Source: Candidatus Falkowbacteria bacterium RIFOXYC2_FULL_36_12
GTDB lineage: Bacteria; Patescibacteriota; Patescibacteriia; UBA11705
Length of the DNA stretch: 59,312 nucleotides
Reading direction: 5' to 3'
Assembly: GCA_001778235.1 (NCBI GenBank)
Contig: MFGJ01000008.1
Coordinates: 1-59,312 of the forward strand
Shown: positions 25,584 to 33,283 of the stretch, one piece after another
How the letters are laid out: every line of letters begins with the position of its first letter
Numbering within the stretch: position 1 is the first letter of the stretch
The notes under the pieces: model-generated
What the model was told of the DNA's origin: nothing
Seen by the model: the letters and a program-made list of their open reading frames with translations, nothing else
The model's database searches: none
Made by a program: the position numbers and the translations under genes

Positions 25584-26537
25584 ATGCTTATACCAATATT
25601 AATTCTAATTTTCAGCTTTACACTTCTGATAAAAAGCGCAGATATTCTAGTAGACGGAGCAGCTTCATTAGCCAAGAAACTAAAAATCCCACCAATTGCA
25701 ATCGGGCTAACAATTATTGCTTTTGGCACATCAGCTCCGGAATTAATCGTCAACATTTTTTCCAGCTTGAGTGGAGCTAATGAAATAGCACTCGGCAATA
25801 TTCTTGGAAGCAATATTGCTAACATACTTCTAATACTAGGTATTGCTGCCACCCTGAAAACATTGCGTGTCCAGCAAAGCACAACCTGGAAAGAAATACC
25901 TTTTTCATTACTTGCTATCATCGTCTTAGGAGTACTGGTCAACGATACTTTACTCGCCGGAACCACATCAATCCTTTCCCGAGCTGACGGTATTATTCTA
26001 ATGGCGTTTTTTATAATTTTCTTGTATTACACCTATGGCATTGCAAAAAACAGCAAACTGGAAACATCTGAAGTCAAAACTTACTCGAATATTTTATCAA
26101 GCTTAATGATTGTTGGCGGTTTAATCGGACTTACTATTGGCGGAAAATTTGTTGTTGACAGTGCAGTTTCACTAGCTACACTTCTAGGAGTCAGCCAAGC
26201 ATTTATTGGGTTGACAATAGTAGCTCTTGGAACCTCTTTGCCAGAACTAGTTGTGTCTGCCGTTGCCGCCTACAAAAACCATGCGGACATTGCAGTTGGA
26301 AATATTGTTGGTTCAAATATTTTTAATATCTTCTGGATTTTAGGCCTTAGCGCAATAATCAGTCCTATCACTTTCAACACCAACATGAATCTAGATTTAT
26401 TAATCACCATGATCGTTACGATTCTCCTCATCATATTTATCTTTATTGGCGAAAGACACACTCTCAATCGTTGGCACGGGATTAGCTTTATCTTGCTTTA
26501 TGTCGCTTATATAACATTACTAATAATTCGTGGTTAA
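25584..26537 (+). CDS. Ca2+/Na+ antiporter, CaCA family (YrbG-like)
   Basis: Two alpha-repeats: GTSAPELIVNIFS...GNILGSNIANILLILG and GTSLPELVVSAVAA...GNIVGSNIFNIFWILG. About 10 TM helices. Confidence 0.85.
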   Translation: MLIPILILIFSFTLLIKSADILVDGAASLAKKLKIPPIAIGLTIIAFGTSAPELIVNIFSSLSGANEIALGNILGSNIANILLILGIAATLKTLRVQQSTTWKEIPFSLLAIIVLGVLVNDTLLAGTTSILSRADGIILMAFFIIFLYYTYGIAKNSKLETSEVKTYSNILSSLMIVGGLIGLTIGGKFVVDSAVSLATLLGVSQAFIGLTIVALGTSLPELVVSAVAAYKNHADIAVGNIVGSNIFNIFWILGLSAIISPITFNTNMNLDLLITMIVTILLIIFIFIGERHTLNRWHGISFILLYVAYITLLIIRG

Positions 26538-26554
26538 ACTTAAATTCCAGACAG

Positions 26555-26588
26555 AAAAACTACTCAAATTCATTGAGTAGTATTTTTA
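26555..26588. terminator. Bidirectional terminator between convergent genes
   Basis: Stem ctactcaa (26560-26567) pairs with ttgagtag (26573-26580), 5-nt loop. Flanked by an A-run and tattttta. Confidence 0.6.
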
Positions 26589-27509
26589 TACACCAAGTGA
26601 TTTTTTTACATCCAGATAAACTATGTTATCCATAGATTGTCGGATCACATTATCAGCCAATCTTAACTTTCCAGCCAAAAGTTTACACAAATTTACATAA
26701 ATTCTATAACCTATAAACGGGAAATCCTTAGAAAGAGAATTGAATTTGGCAGAAGATATTTTATTCACATGAACATCAGACATGGCTCGAATTGTCGCAG
26801 TCCTTGATGTCCCCAGCAAAAACGAAATCTCTCCAAAAATATCATTATCCTTCAATCCTGCAACTTTCCTTTCATCAATCAGAACATCAGCCTGACCAAG
26901 AACAATCTGAAACAACTCCGAACCAAAATCACCCTCTTGGACAATATTTTCCCCTTGTTGATATTCAGCCGTCGTGAAATATTGCCTTAACCATTCCATC
27001 ATATGATTAGACAAACCAGTAAATAGGGAAGTATCTCGTTTTTGTCCCACATCAAGCATAACTTCAGAAAATTTGGTTTTAAGATCATATCCAGTTTGCT
27101 TCATGATAAAATCATCGACCATAATCAACTTTTTTGACAAAATTTTCGCAAGATTAGCTATCAATTTAATCGCCACCTCTTTTTTTGCTTCTGCAATTAA
27201 ATCAACTTCCCCTGCATTCATTGCTAGAAGTTCAACACTCCCAGAAGCAAAAATTGACGCCGTTCTTGTCCCATTATCAATCAATGAAACTTCACCAAAT
27301 ACATCACCTGGCCCAAGGTCTACCACCCAAATAGTTCCTACATAGACTTTCACTGTACCTGACTTTATTACAAACATCTGATTACCTGGCTCGTCTTCAA
27401 GCAGTACTGGTTCAGCATTTCTATAAGTCACTAAACGCGAATATTTTCCAATGAGCCCAACCTCTTCAGCACTCATGGATTGGAAAATATTAACCACCTG
27501 CATTGTCAT
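26586..27509 (-). CDS. Protein made of two cyclic-nucleotide-binding (CAP_ED) domains with no output domain
   Basis: FGEVSLIDNGTRTASIFA and FGEISFLLGTSRTATIRA phosphate-binding cassettes. Start set at ATG 27509, which has AGGAGG 6 nt upstream; the track ORF begins 37 codons earlier. Confidence 0.8.
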   Translation of the reverse strand: MTMQVVNIFQSMSAEEVGLIGKYSRLVTYRNAEPVLLEDEPGNQMFVIKSGTVKVYVGTIWVVDLGPGDVFGEVSLIDNGTRTASIFASGSVELLAMNAGEVDLIAEAKKEVAIKLIANLAKILSKKLIMVDDFIMKQTGYDLKTKFSEVMLDVGQKRDTSLFTGLSNHMMEWLRQYFTTAEYQQGENIVQEGDFGSELFQIVLGQADVLIDERKVAGLKDNDIFGEISFLLGTSRTATIRAMSDVHVNKISSAKFNSLSKDFPFIGYRIYVNLCKLLAGKLRLADNVIRQSMDNIVYLDVKKSLGV

Positions 27510-27635
27510 GATCGTCCTCCTGCGGGTGAATGAACAAACTACATAAAACCTACCATATTTAATAGAAAAGTCAATCCCTAATCCAAAATCATACAAAACA
27601 AGAAATAAAAAGACTCTCAATTTTGAAAGTCTAAA

Positions 27636-27986
27636 TTAATTTGCTGATGACATTGAAGATGATGATCTGACTTTATATCCGCCACCTCGACCTTTTTTAT
27701 CTGGTTTTTTACCATTACCATTTCTACCGTTTTTACCATTATGACCGCAATTAGCTGCTACTTTGTCAAGGAATTCATCATCATCATGTTTCCTTTTCTG
27801 CGCTTGCACAAATTTTTCATCAGTATCATCTCTCCAAAATGGAGACTTCGTATAATCACCACCATTTTCTGAACAACATTTACAATCACCAGAAACAACT
27901 TTCTTTGAAACAGATACCTGACCATCTTCTTTCTGAAGAGTCTGTACGACCTTGCCACAACCACACTGAACCACTATTTTTTGCAT
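27636..27986 (-). CDS. Small Cys-rich protein with a basic G/K/R tail
   Basis: MQKIVVQCGCGKVV...SGDCKCCSENGG, then NGKNGRNGNGKKPDKKGRGGGYK. GGAGG sits 5 nt upstream of the ATG at 27986. Confidence 0.55.
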   Translation of the reverse strand: MQKIVVQCGCGKVVQTLQKEDGQVSVSKKVVSGDCKCCSENGGDYTKSPFWRDDTDEKFVQAQKRKHDDDEFLDKVAANCGHNGKNGRNGNGKKPDKKGRGGGYKVRSSSSMSSAN

Positions 27987-28076
27987 GATTCCTCCGCTCT
28001 GCAATTTGGGAAATTACTTGGACTGACTTTATCCAGTCCACTTTAAATATTATCATTCTTTTTCTAAATAACCAAA

Positions 28077-28850
28077 TCAATTACTCATCAAATAAAATAA
28101 AATCGCTCCAGCTGTACTGACATTCAATGACTCAATATCTTCGGAAATTTTTATTTTTACCTTGAAATCAGCTTTATCCACAATACCTTGTTCAATGCCT
28201 TTAGATTCAGAACCAAGAACTAAACATATTGGAGATTTCTTCAAACAAACTAAATCTTCTGTACCGCCAAGGCTAGAAACCACGATTAACATCTTTTTCT
28301 TTATCTCATCAAATGTTTTATTATCCCCCATAACTATTTTGAGCTTGAAAATTGCTTCTCTGGCAGCACTGATAGTTTTTGGATTATACAAATCAACACA
28401 GGACTGATCGAGAACAATATAATGAAAACTAAAAGCCAAAGCCGTTCGTAAAATAGTCCCCAAATTTCCTGGATCTGCGATTCCATTCAAATAAATTATT
28501 GACTGATCAAATTTTAAACTTGAAGATAGGGGAGTGTATACTGCGCAAATCCCCTCTGGTGTTTCTAAATCTGATATTTTTTCATACAAATCATCATTCA
28601 ATAAATAAATTTCAATCTTATCCAGTAATTTTTTTTCATCAGAATCTAAAAAAGAAATCTCTTTTTGCCATTTCTCTACTATTTTTTCCGCTAAATACAA
28701 TTCTTCTGGAAACACACCTCCCCTGAAACCATCCACAACCACCTTTAGGCTTTCAACTTTAAACTTATTATAATTTGATCTAAATTTTTTTTGTGATAAT
28801 TTCTTCAAAATTTTTATCTTTGGATTTTCTTTGCTTTCAATTTTTTCCAT
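28077..28850 (-). CDS. TrmH/SpoU-family RNA 2'-O-methyltransferase (RlmB-like)
   Basis: SPOUT motifs GIADPGNLGTILRTALAF, LVLGSESKGI, SLNVSTAGAILFY. Confidence 0.8.
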   Translation of the reverse strand: MEKIESKENPKIKILKKLSQKKFRSNYNKFKVESLKVVVDGFRGGVFPEELYLAEKIVEKWQKEISFLDSDEKKLLDKIEIYLLNDDLYEKISDLETPEGICAVYTPLSSSLKFDQSIIYLNGIADPGNLGTILRTALAFSFHYIVLDQSCVDLYNPKTISAAREAIFKLKIVMGDNKTFDEIKKKMLIVVSSLGGTEDLVCLKKSPICLVLGSESKGIEQGIVDKADFKVKIKISEDIESLNVSTAGAILFYLMSN

Positions 28851-28899
28851 AAATATTATAAATTAAACTCGATTAATCTTGTCAAACATAAATAAACAC

Positions 28900-28955
28900 A
28901 CAACACGCAACACACAACAACTATCAACTATCAACTATCAACTATCAACTAACAC
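28900..28955. repeat. Heptanucleotide tract (ctatcaa x4 perfect, degenerate flanks)
   Basis: Perfect copies span 28921-28948. Flanking caacacg/caacaca/ctaacac units keep the 7-nt phase. Confidence 0.85.
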
Positions 28956-29089
28956 CTCTCAAATATACATCTTATTCAAAATTTTCTCCAGTAGGGAAGT
29001 CACCATTCTTTTGAACTTAACACCAATAGCAGATCAAGATTATTAATCCAATATTTATATTTATAAAATTAATACTTTTCTGCCACGCA

Positions 29090-29743
29090 TCACTTCTTCC
29101 TACCAATTAATCTTATTAAATTTGCATTTCCAACAGCCCTATCCTTGTAAGTTTCTCCTTGGTTATCCAATAATACAACTTCAAAGAATGGCTCTACTAA
29201 AATCTTAATTTCATCAGTAGAAAAATACTTTTTTTTCAAACCTGTTTCTGTTTCATAATAATTATCCTCAATCTTTTTCATTTTCATTTTTCCCAATTCA
29301 ATGTCCTGATTAGTATTTACTAACATTATCAGAGAACCCTGGACTTTTAAAACTCTTTTAATTTCTTTTAATATTTCAATTGTTTTTTTATCTGAAAAAT
29401 AGTGTAACCCTAAATGTGAATAAACCACATCAAATTTTTCATCCTCAAATGGCAGTTTTTCTGCTATATCCAAAGCAATAAATTCAACTTTATGAATATT
29501 TTGCTCACCTATTCTTGATTTTGCTATATCCAGAGCATACTGACTAATATCTACAGCCACCACATTACAACCATTTTTAATCATAAATTTCGTATCTGCA
29601 CCTTGACCAGCAGCCAATTCAAGCACACAGGCGGAAGGAGGAAAATAACTAAAAACAGATTGAATAAATAAACTCGGTTTTGTAATCCAATTTGTTTTTT
29701 CATATTTCTGGTGTTGTTCATTCCAATAATTAGTTAAACCCAT
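29090..29743 (-). CDS. Class I SAM-dependent methyltransferase
   Basis: Motif I VLELAAGQGADT, then VVAVDIS and DVVYSHLGLHYF. Start at ATG 29743; the track ORF starts at a GTG 8 codons upstream. Confidence 0.75.
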   Translation of the reverse strand: MGLTNYWNEQHQKYEKTNWITKPSLFIQSVFSYFPPSACVLELAAGQGADTKFMIKNGCNVVAVDISQYALDIAKSRIGEQNIHKVEFIALDIAEKLPFEDEKFDVVYSHLGLHYFSDKKTIEILKEIKRVLKVQGSLIMLVNTNQDIELGKMKMKKIEDNYYETETGLKKKYFSTDEIKILVEPFFEVVLLDNQGETYKDRAVGNANLIRLIGRKK

Positions 29744-30085
29744 AAAAAAAATATTAATTTTTACCACTACTCCACCCTATTTATTTTACGACACTAAAAA
29801 GTTATCCACAGCCAATCCATACTACACCATTTTATTTATTTTTTGTCAATTTTAAATAACCATAACAAATTTTCATTCAGCTTTTCTAAATTTTCATTAT
29901 CTTTCATATTTTTTACTTTCACCCTCTCCCCCATTTTACCATGTCTCAATCTAAAACAAAAAAATTAGCCTAAACCAACTTTTTACTAACCTTATCTGTT
30001 TTTCAAATTCACAATAAAACCGACACTTAAAACAATCCATATACAACTCTAAACAAAAACATCTCTAAATTATAAAGATGTTTGA

Positions 30086-30481
30086 TTAAAGTGTCGGCCT
30101 TCGCTCATTAATTTTTTTTTCAGGTTTTTCAACCGGGATCTTCTTCAAATTCGGATTAGTAGCATAAGAAGGTTGCCGATCTCCATTGTTACAGTGAAAA
30201 GACATCATGATCGTATCCAATTTACCGTCAACTTTTTTTACCTTATACACCGTGGCACAGTTGTCATCAGCAACCGTCACAATTACCTGATCTTTTTCTT
30301 CCCGATAATTCTTGACCGCAATTCCAGGAGCGTATTTGTTGATTTCACCCAAAACTTCTTGTCTTTCAAAACGGTCCATATATCGCATAATAAACGGTAT
30401 TGCAACTACAACCAAAATTCCCAACATCGCAACCACAATCATCATTTCAATCAAGGTAAAAGCACGCCTGTTTTCCATCAT
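30086..30481 (-). CDS. Type IV pilin / pseudopilin-like protein (prepilin N-terminal methylation motif)
   Basis: MMENRRAFTLIEMMIVVAMLGILVVVAIPF is a class III signal with Glu+5. GGGGAGG RBS upstream. Confidence 0.8.
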   Translation of the reverse strand: MMENRRAFTLIEMMIVVAMLGILVVVAIPFIMRYMDRFERQEVLGEINKYAPGIAVKNYREEKDQVIVTVADDNCATVYKVKKVDGKLDTIMMSFHCNNGDRQPSYATNPNLKKIPVEKPEKKINERRPTL

Positions 30482-30511
30482 CCTCCCCTTTCGTCTTCAA
30501 TGGAATAAACA

Positions 30512-30540
30512 ATCTTACAATAGTTTATTTAATCTGTCAA
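30512..30540 (-). promoter_or_regulatory. Sigma70-type promoter of the pilin gene
   Basis: Minus strand reads TTGACA (30540-30535), a 17-nt spacer, then TAAGAT (30517-30512). The -35 lies 2 nt from the heptamer tract. Confidence 0.5.
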
Positions 30541-30542
30541 GA

Positions 30543-30696
30543 CATGACACATGGAACATGGAACATGGAACATGGAACATGGAACATGGAACATGGAACA
30601 TGGAACATGGAACATGGAACATGGAACATGGAACATGGAACATGGAACATGGAACATGGAACATGAAACATGGAACATGAAACATGTAACAAGGAA
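30543..30696. repeat. Heptanucleotide microsatellite (catggaa)n, 16 perfect copies plus about 6 degenerate ones
   Basis: Perfect 7-nt periodicity from 30550 to 30661 (112 nt). Variants catgaca, catgaaa, catgtaa and caaggaa occur at the edges. Confidence 0.95.
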
Positions 30697-30713
30697 CATC
30701 TAAAAAACACCAA

Positions 30714-30790
30714 CCCGAATCTTTAATCTTTAATCTTTAATCTTTGACCCTCATTCTTCATCCTTCAATCTTCCAACTCACACCACCCCA
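30714..30790. repeat. Second heptad-periodic tract (ctttaat x3, then decaying units)
   Basis: ctttaat at 30721, 30728 and 30735, followed in phase by ctttgac, cctcatt, cttcatc, cttcaat, cttccaa. Overlaps the stop of the Nramp gene. Confidence 0.8.
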
Positions 30791-32175
30791 ATCTGATTTA
30801 AGATTACATACAAACTAAACCCACCAAAAAACAAAAATATAATAGAAATTATAATTTTTCTAATCCAACCAGGTCGAACCTGTCTTGGTAAACTTTTATT
30901 GTTTAACCAAAAAACCAAACCAATATGCACAAACATAGCAAAAGCGTTTATCACTGCACCAAGTACCAACAAAAATTTTGGTTCAGAAATATTAAATAAA
31001 AACAAAACAATACCAAAAACTATTTGAGCCCAAACAAAACCATAATAAATATTAGTCAAATTTATCTTCTCATGTTCTTTCTTTTTTTCTAATTTCTTTA
31101 TAGCGAAATTTTCTGCCATGATCCTAGAAGTTGAATCCATTACTCCGAGTTGGGTTTGAAATAGCAATATTACCACAATTAGTAGAAATAAATTGCCAAA
31201 AATTGGTATAAATCTTTGCCCCAAAATCATGCCTTCATTGATCACAAAATTGATTCCTTCCACATTACCCGATAAACCATGAGTAGTACTAAATGCCAAC
31301 ATCATCAATAAAATAATTGATAAAGCACCAAGAAATAAAAAAACTAACAAATGCTCAAGGCTCACCAGCTTCCACCAAGATTTAAATTGTGTCAGATTTG
31401 ACTTTGTCATTTCACAATCTTTACCCTCTAAATCCACCTGTTCTCTCTTTTTGCTATGGAATAACCCAACCATTCGTTGTGAATATTTCCCCATACCATA
31501 ACCTTTTTCTTTGATATAAATTGATTGAGTAAGATTCAAATTCCCACCAGCGCCAGCATAGGCAAATGCAGCCAAAAATGTTGCTAAATGTACATCATGA
31601 GGGAAAAACCAATAACCATCTCCCCTACCAATCATGCCAGCTAGTAAAGCAAACCAATCATTTTTACTGGTAATAATCAAAGTTAAAATAAATATAAATG
31701 GAACTCCTAACAAAATGGTTACCTTGGTTATCTTTTCCATTAACCCATAAACAGTTCTTCCGACACTCAATATCAAACCAATCAATAATAATAATCCTAT
31801 GGCTATCCATTTAAAAGACTCAACCCCCAATATCACTGAAAAAACTTTGGCTGAAGCCGCAATAATTCCTGGGATACCAAAACCAAGAAAAGTTGAAAAA
31901 ATAAACCAATACACTACTGGTTTAAATAATTTGTGTAACCCGACAAACACACTCTCACCTTTAACCAAAGCATATCTCTCGATTTCCATGTTTATAAAAT
32001 ATTGGAATGTAATCCCCAGTATTGCTCCCCAAGCAATACCAAGGCCATAATTTGAAGCCATATACGGCCAGAGAATTACTTCTCCTGAACCTAGACCTAA
32101 AGCTAAAATAATAAAACTCGGACCAAGCATTTTTCTAAAAGCAATTGTTTTGGGAAAATTAAAAAGTTTTTTCAT
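30778..32175 (-). CDS. Nramp-family divalent metal transporter
   Basis: About 11 TM helices. N-terminal LGPSFIILALGLGSGEVILWPYMASNYGLGIAWGAILG...YALVKGESV resembles Nramp-related transporters. Confidence 0.6.
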   Translation of the reverse strand: MKKLFNFPKTIAFRKMLGPSFIILALGLGSGEVILWPYMASNYGLGIAWGAILGITFQYFINMEIERYALVKGESVFVGLHKLFKPVVYWFIFSTFLGFGIPGIIAASAKVFSVILGVESFKWIAIGLLLLIGLILSVGRTVYGLMEKITKVTILLGVPFIFILTLIITSKNDWFALLAGMIGRGDGYWFFPHDVHLATFLAAFAYAGAGGNLNLTQSIYIKEKGYGMGKYSQRMVGLFHSKKREQVDLEGKDCEMTKSNLTQFKSWWKLVSLEHLLVFLFLGALSIILLMMLAFSTTHGLSGNVEGINFVINEGMILGQRFIPIFGNLFLLIVVILLFQTQLGVMDSTSRIMAENFAIKKLEKKKEHEKINLTNIYYGFVWAQIVFGIVLFLFNISEPKFLLVLGAVINAFAMFVHIGLVFWLNNKSLPRQVRPGWIRKIIISIIFLFFGGFSLYVILNQIGVV

Positions 32176-32180
32176 ATCAA

Positions 32181-32233
32181 ATTTGTCACCCCTGAACTAA
32201 ATTCAGGGCAGGCTCTGAATTTATTTCAGGGTA
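32181..32233. repeat. Solo member of the gtcaccctgaac/ttcaggg palindromic repeat family
   Basis: tttgtcacccctgaactaaattcagggcaggctctgaatttatttcagggtata has the same core and the same 3' tail (tttcagggtat) as units in the 11.4-11.9 kb array. Confidence 0.8.
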
Positions 32234-32434
32234 TAATAAAAATCTTACTTTCATTATACCAAAAAAAAATTATTCTGTATTATACATCATTCTCAAATAC
32301 ACATCCCACCTATTCAATCTTAAAAACGCTACCATACATAACGGTTTTAAACCATCATCTTTCTAAACAAAAACCCCGCCTCTCCCACCTGTCACTCCGG
32401 ATTTAGTCCGGAGTCTCTATATTTCCTTGTAAAC

Positions 32435-32466
32435 AAAACCCCCGCCATAAGGCGGGATTTTTTATT
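32435..32466 (-). terminator. Rho-independent terminator after the zinc-ribbon gene
   Basis: cccgcc (32441-32446), loop ataa, ggcggg (32451-32456). T/A-runs on both sides. Confidence 0.7.
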
Positions 32467-32479
32467 TTACCGAATAATA

Positions 32480-32761
32480 TTATTTATTACGGTTTGCTAC
32501 CAAACATTCACGGCAATAAAGTGGTTTATCACCAGTTGGTTGGAAAGGTAGCTGAGTAATCGCTGTTCCACATCCAGCACATGTTTCGTCAACATCGAAC
32601 ATTTGTCTTTCACCACGATTTGAAGTTCGTGTTTCTCGATATTCACGGTTACATTCTGAACAAAAAACTGGGCGATCACCTGATGGTTGGAATGGAAGCT
32701 GTGAAATGTGTTTACCACACTTACCGCACTCCAAATCAACATCAAACATTTGTCTATCCAT
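32480..32761 (-). CDS. Tandem double zinc-ribbon protein (two CxxC-x18-CxxC modules)
   Basis: MFDVDLECGKCGKHISQLPFQPSGDRPVFCSEC and MFDVDETCAGCGTAITQLPFQPTGDKPLYCREC. Resembles the family named CxxC-x17-CxxC; I count an 18-residue spacer here. Confidence 0.75.
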   Translation of the reverse strand: MDRQMFDVDLECGKCGKHISQLPFQPSGDRPVFCSECNREYRETRTSNRGERQMFDVDETCAGCGTAITQLPFQPTGDKPLYCRECLVANRNK

Positions 32762-32776
32762 AGTATCCTTTTTGAA

Positions 32777-32841
32777 TTTACGTTCCCAAGAAAACTTGAG
32801 AAGAATTTATTAAACTTCGACCTATTCGTTGGAAACGTAAA
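32777..32841 (-). promoter_or_regulatory. Structured 5' leader of the zinc-ribbon gene
   Basis: On the minus-strand RNA, uuuacguuucc pairs with gggaacguaaa (11 bp, one G-U), enclosing about 43 nt and ending 15 nt before the AUG. Confidence 0.4.
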
Positions 32842-32863
32842 AAACTAATTTCCAATTAGCTAC

Positions 32864-32892
32864 ATAATAGCATACTTCTATTATAATTGCAA
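32864..32892 (-). promoter_or_regulatory. Sigma70-type promoter of the zinc-ribbon gene
   Basis: Minus strand reads TTGCAA (32892-32887), a 17-nt spacer, then TATTAT (32869-32864). Confidence 0.55.
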
Positions 32893-33099
32893 TAGTAACA
32901 GTGATATTTAATGCAATTTTAGGTTATTTTTATCATTTACAGTCCAGACTTACTGCATCAAAACTAAGGCGGTCTAATAGCAAATCACCAAAAATCAATC
33001 ACTAAAAAATACAATAACCAACAAGTTAATGCTGAAAAATAAATTAAACTTGAATCTACATCAAAGAAAAATCTCCATTTTACAATGAAGTTTTTTCTT

Positions 33100-33173
33100 T
33101 GGCTCGGAGGTAGGGACTCGAACCCCAATAGCTGGGACCAGAACCCAGAGTCCTACCATTAGACGACCTCCGA
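33100..33173 (-). tRNA. tRNA-Gln (anticodon CUG), CCA encoded
   Basis: Hand-folded 74-nt cloverleaf: acceptor TCGGAGG/CCTCCGA, D arm GTCT-AATGGTA-GGAC, anticodon arm CTGGG-TTCTGGT-CCCAG, T arm TGGGG-TTCGAGT-CCCTA, discriminator G, CCA. U1-A72 is typical of bacterial tRNA-Gln. Confidence 0.85.
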
Positions 33174-33283
33174 ACAATATTGTGCCATTATTATAACTCA
33201 TTTATCCAAATAAATCAACTATTACCCTAATTTATCCAGAATTTTGACTTTACTTTATTTATTAATGTAGTAAAATATATCAC

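Noticed and set aside
25565-25966. 133-aa minus-strand ORF
   Set aside because: It lies fully antisense to the well-supported CaCA antiporter gene and has no motif or RBS.
27758-28080. Overlapping 68-aa and 64-aa minus-strand ORFs
   Set aside because: They are alternative frames of the Cys-rich gene and TrmH region. They lack an RBS, whereas the chosen frame has GGAGG at the proper distance.
30312-30680. 122-aa plus-strand ORF encoding WNMEHGT repeats
   Set aside because: It is the heptamer microsatellite read in frame (7 nt x 3 = 21 nt per 7 aa). It overlaps the pilin gene antisense and has no RBS.
32497-32763. 82-aa (-) and 60-aa (+) ORFs overlapping the zinc-ribbon gene
   Set aside because: They are off-frame or antisense to a gene with a clear duplicated CxxC motif, a promoter and a terminator.
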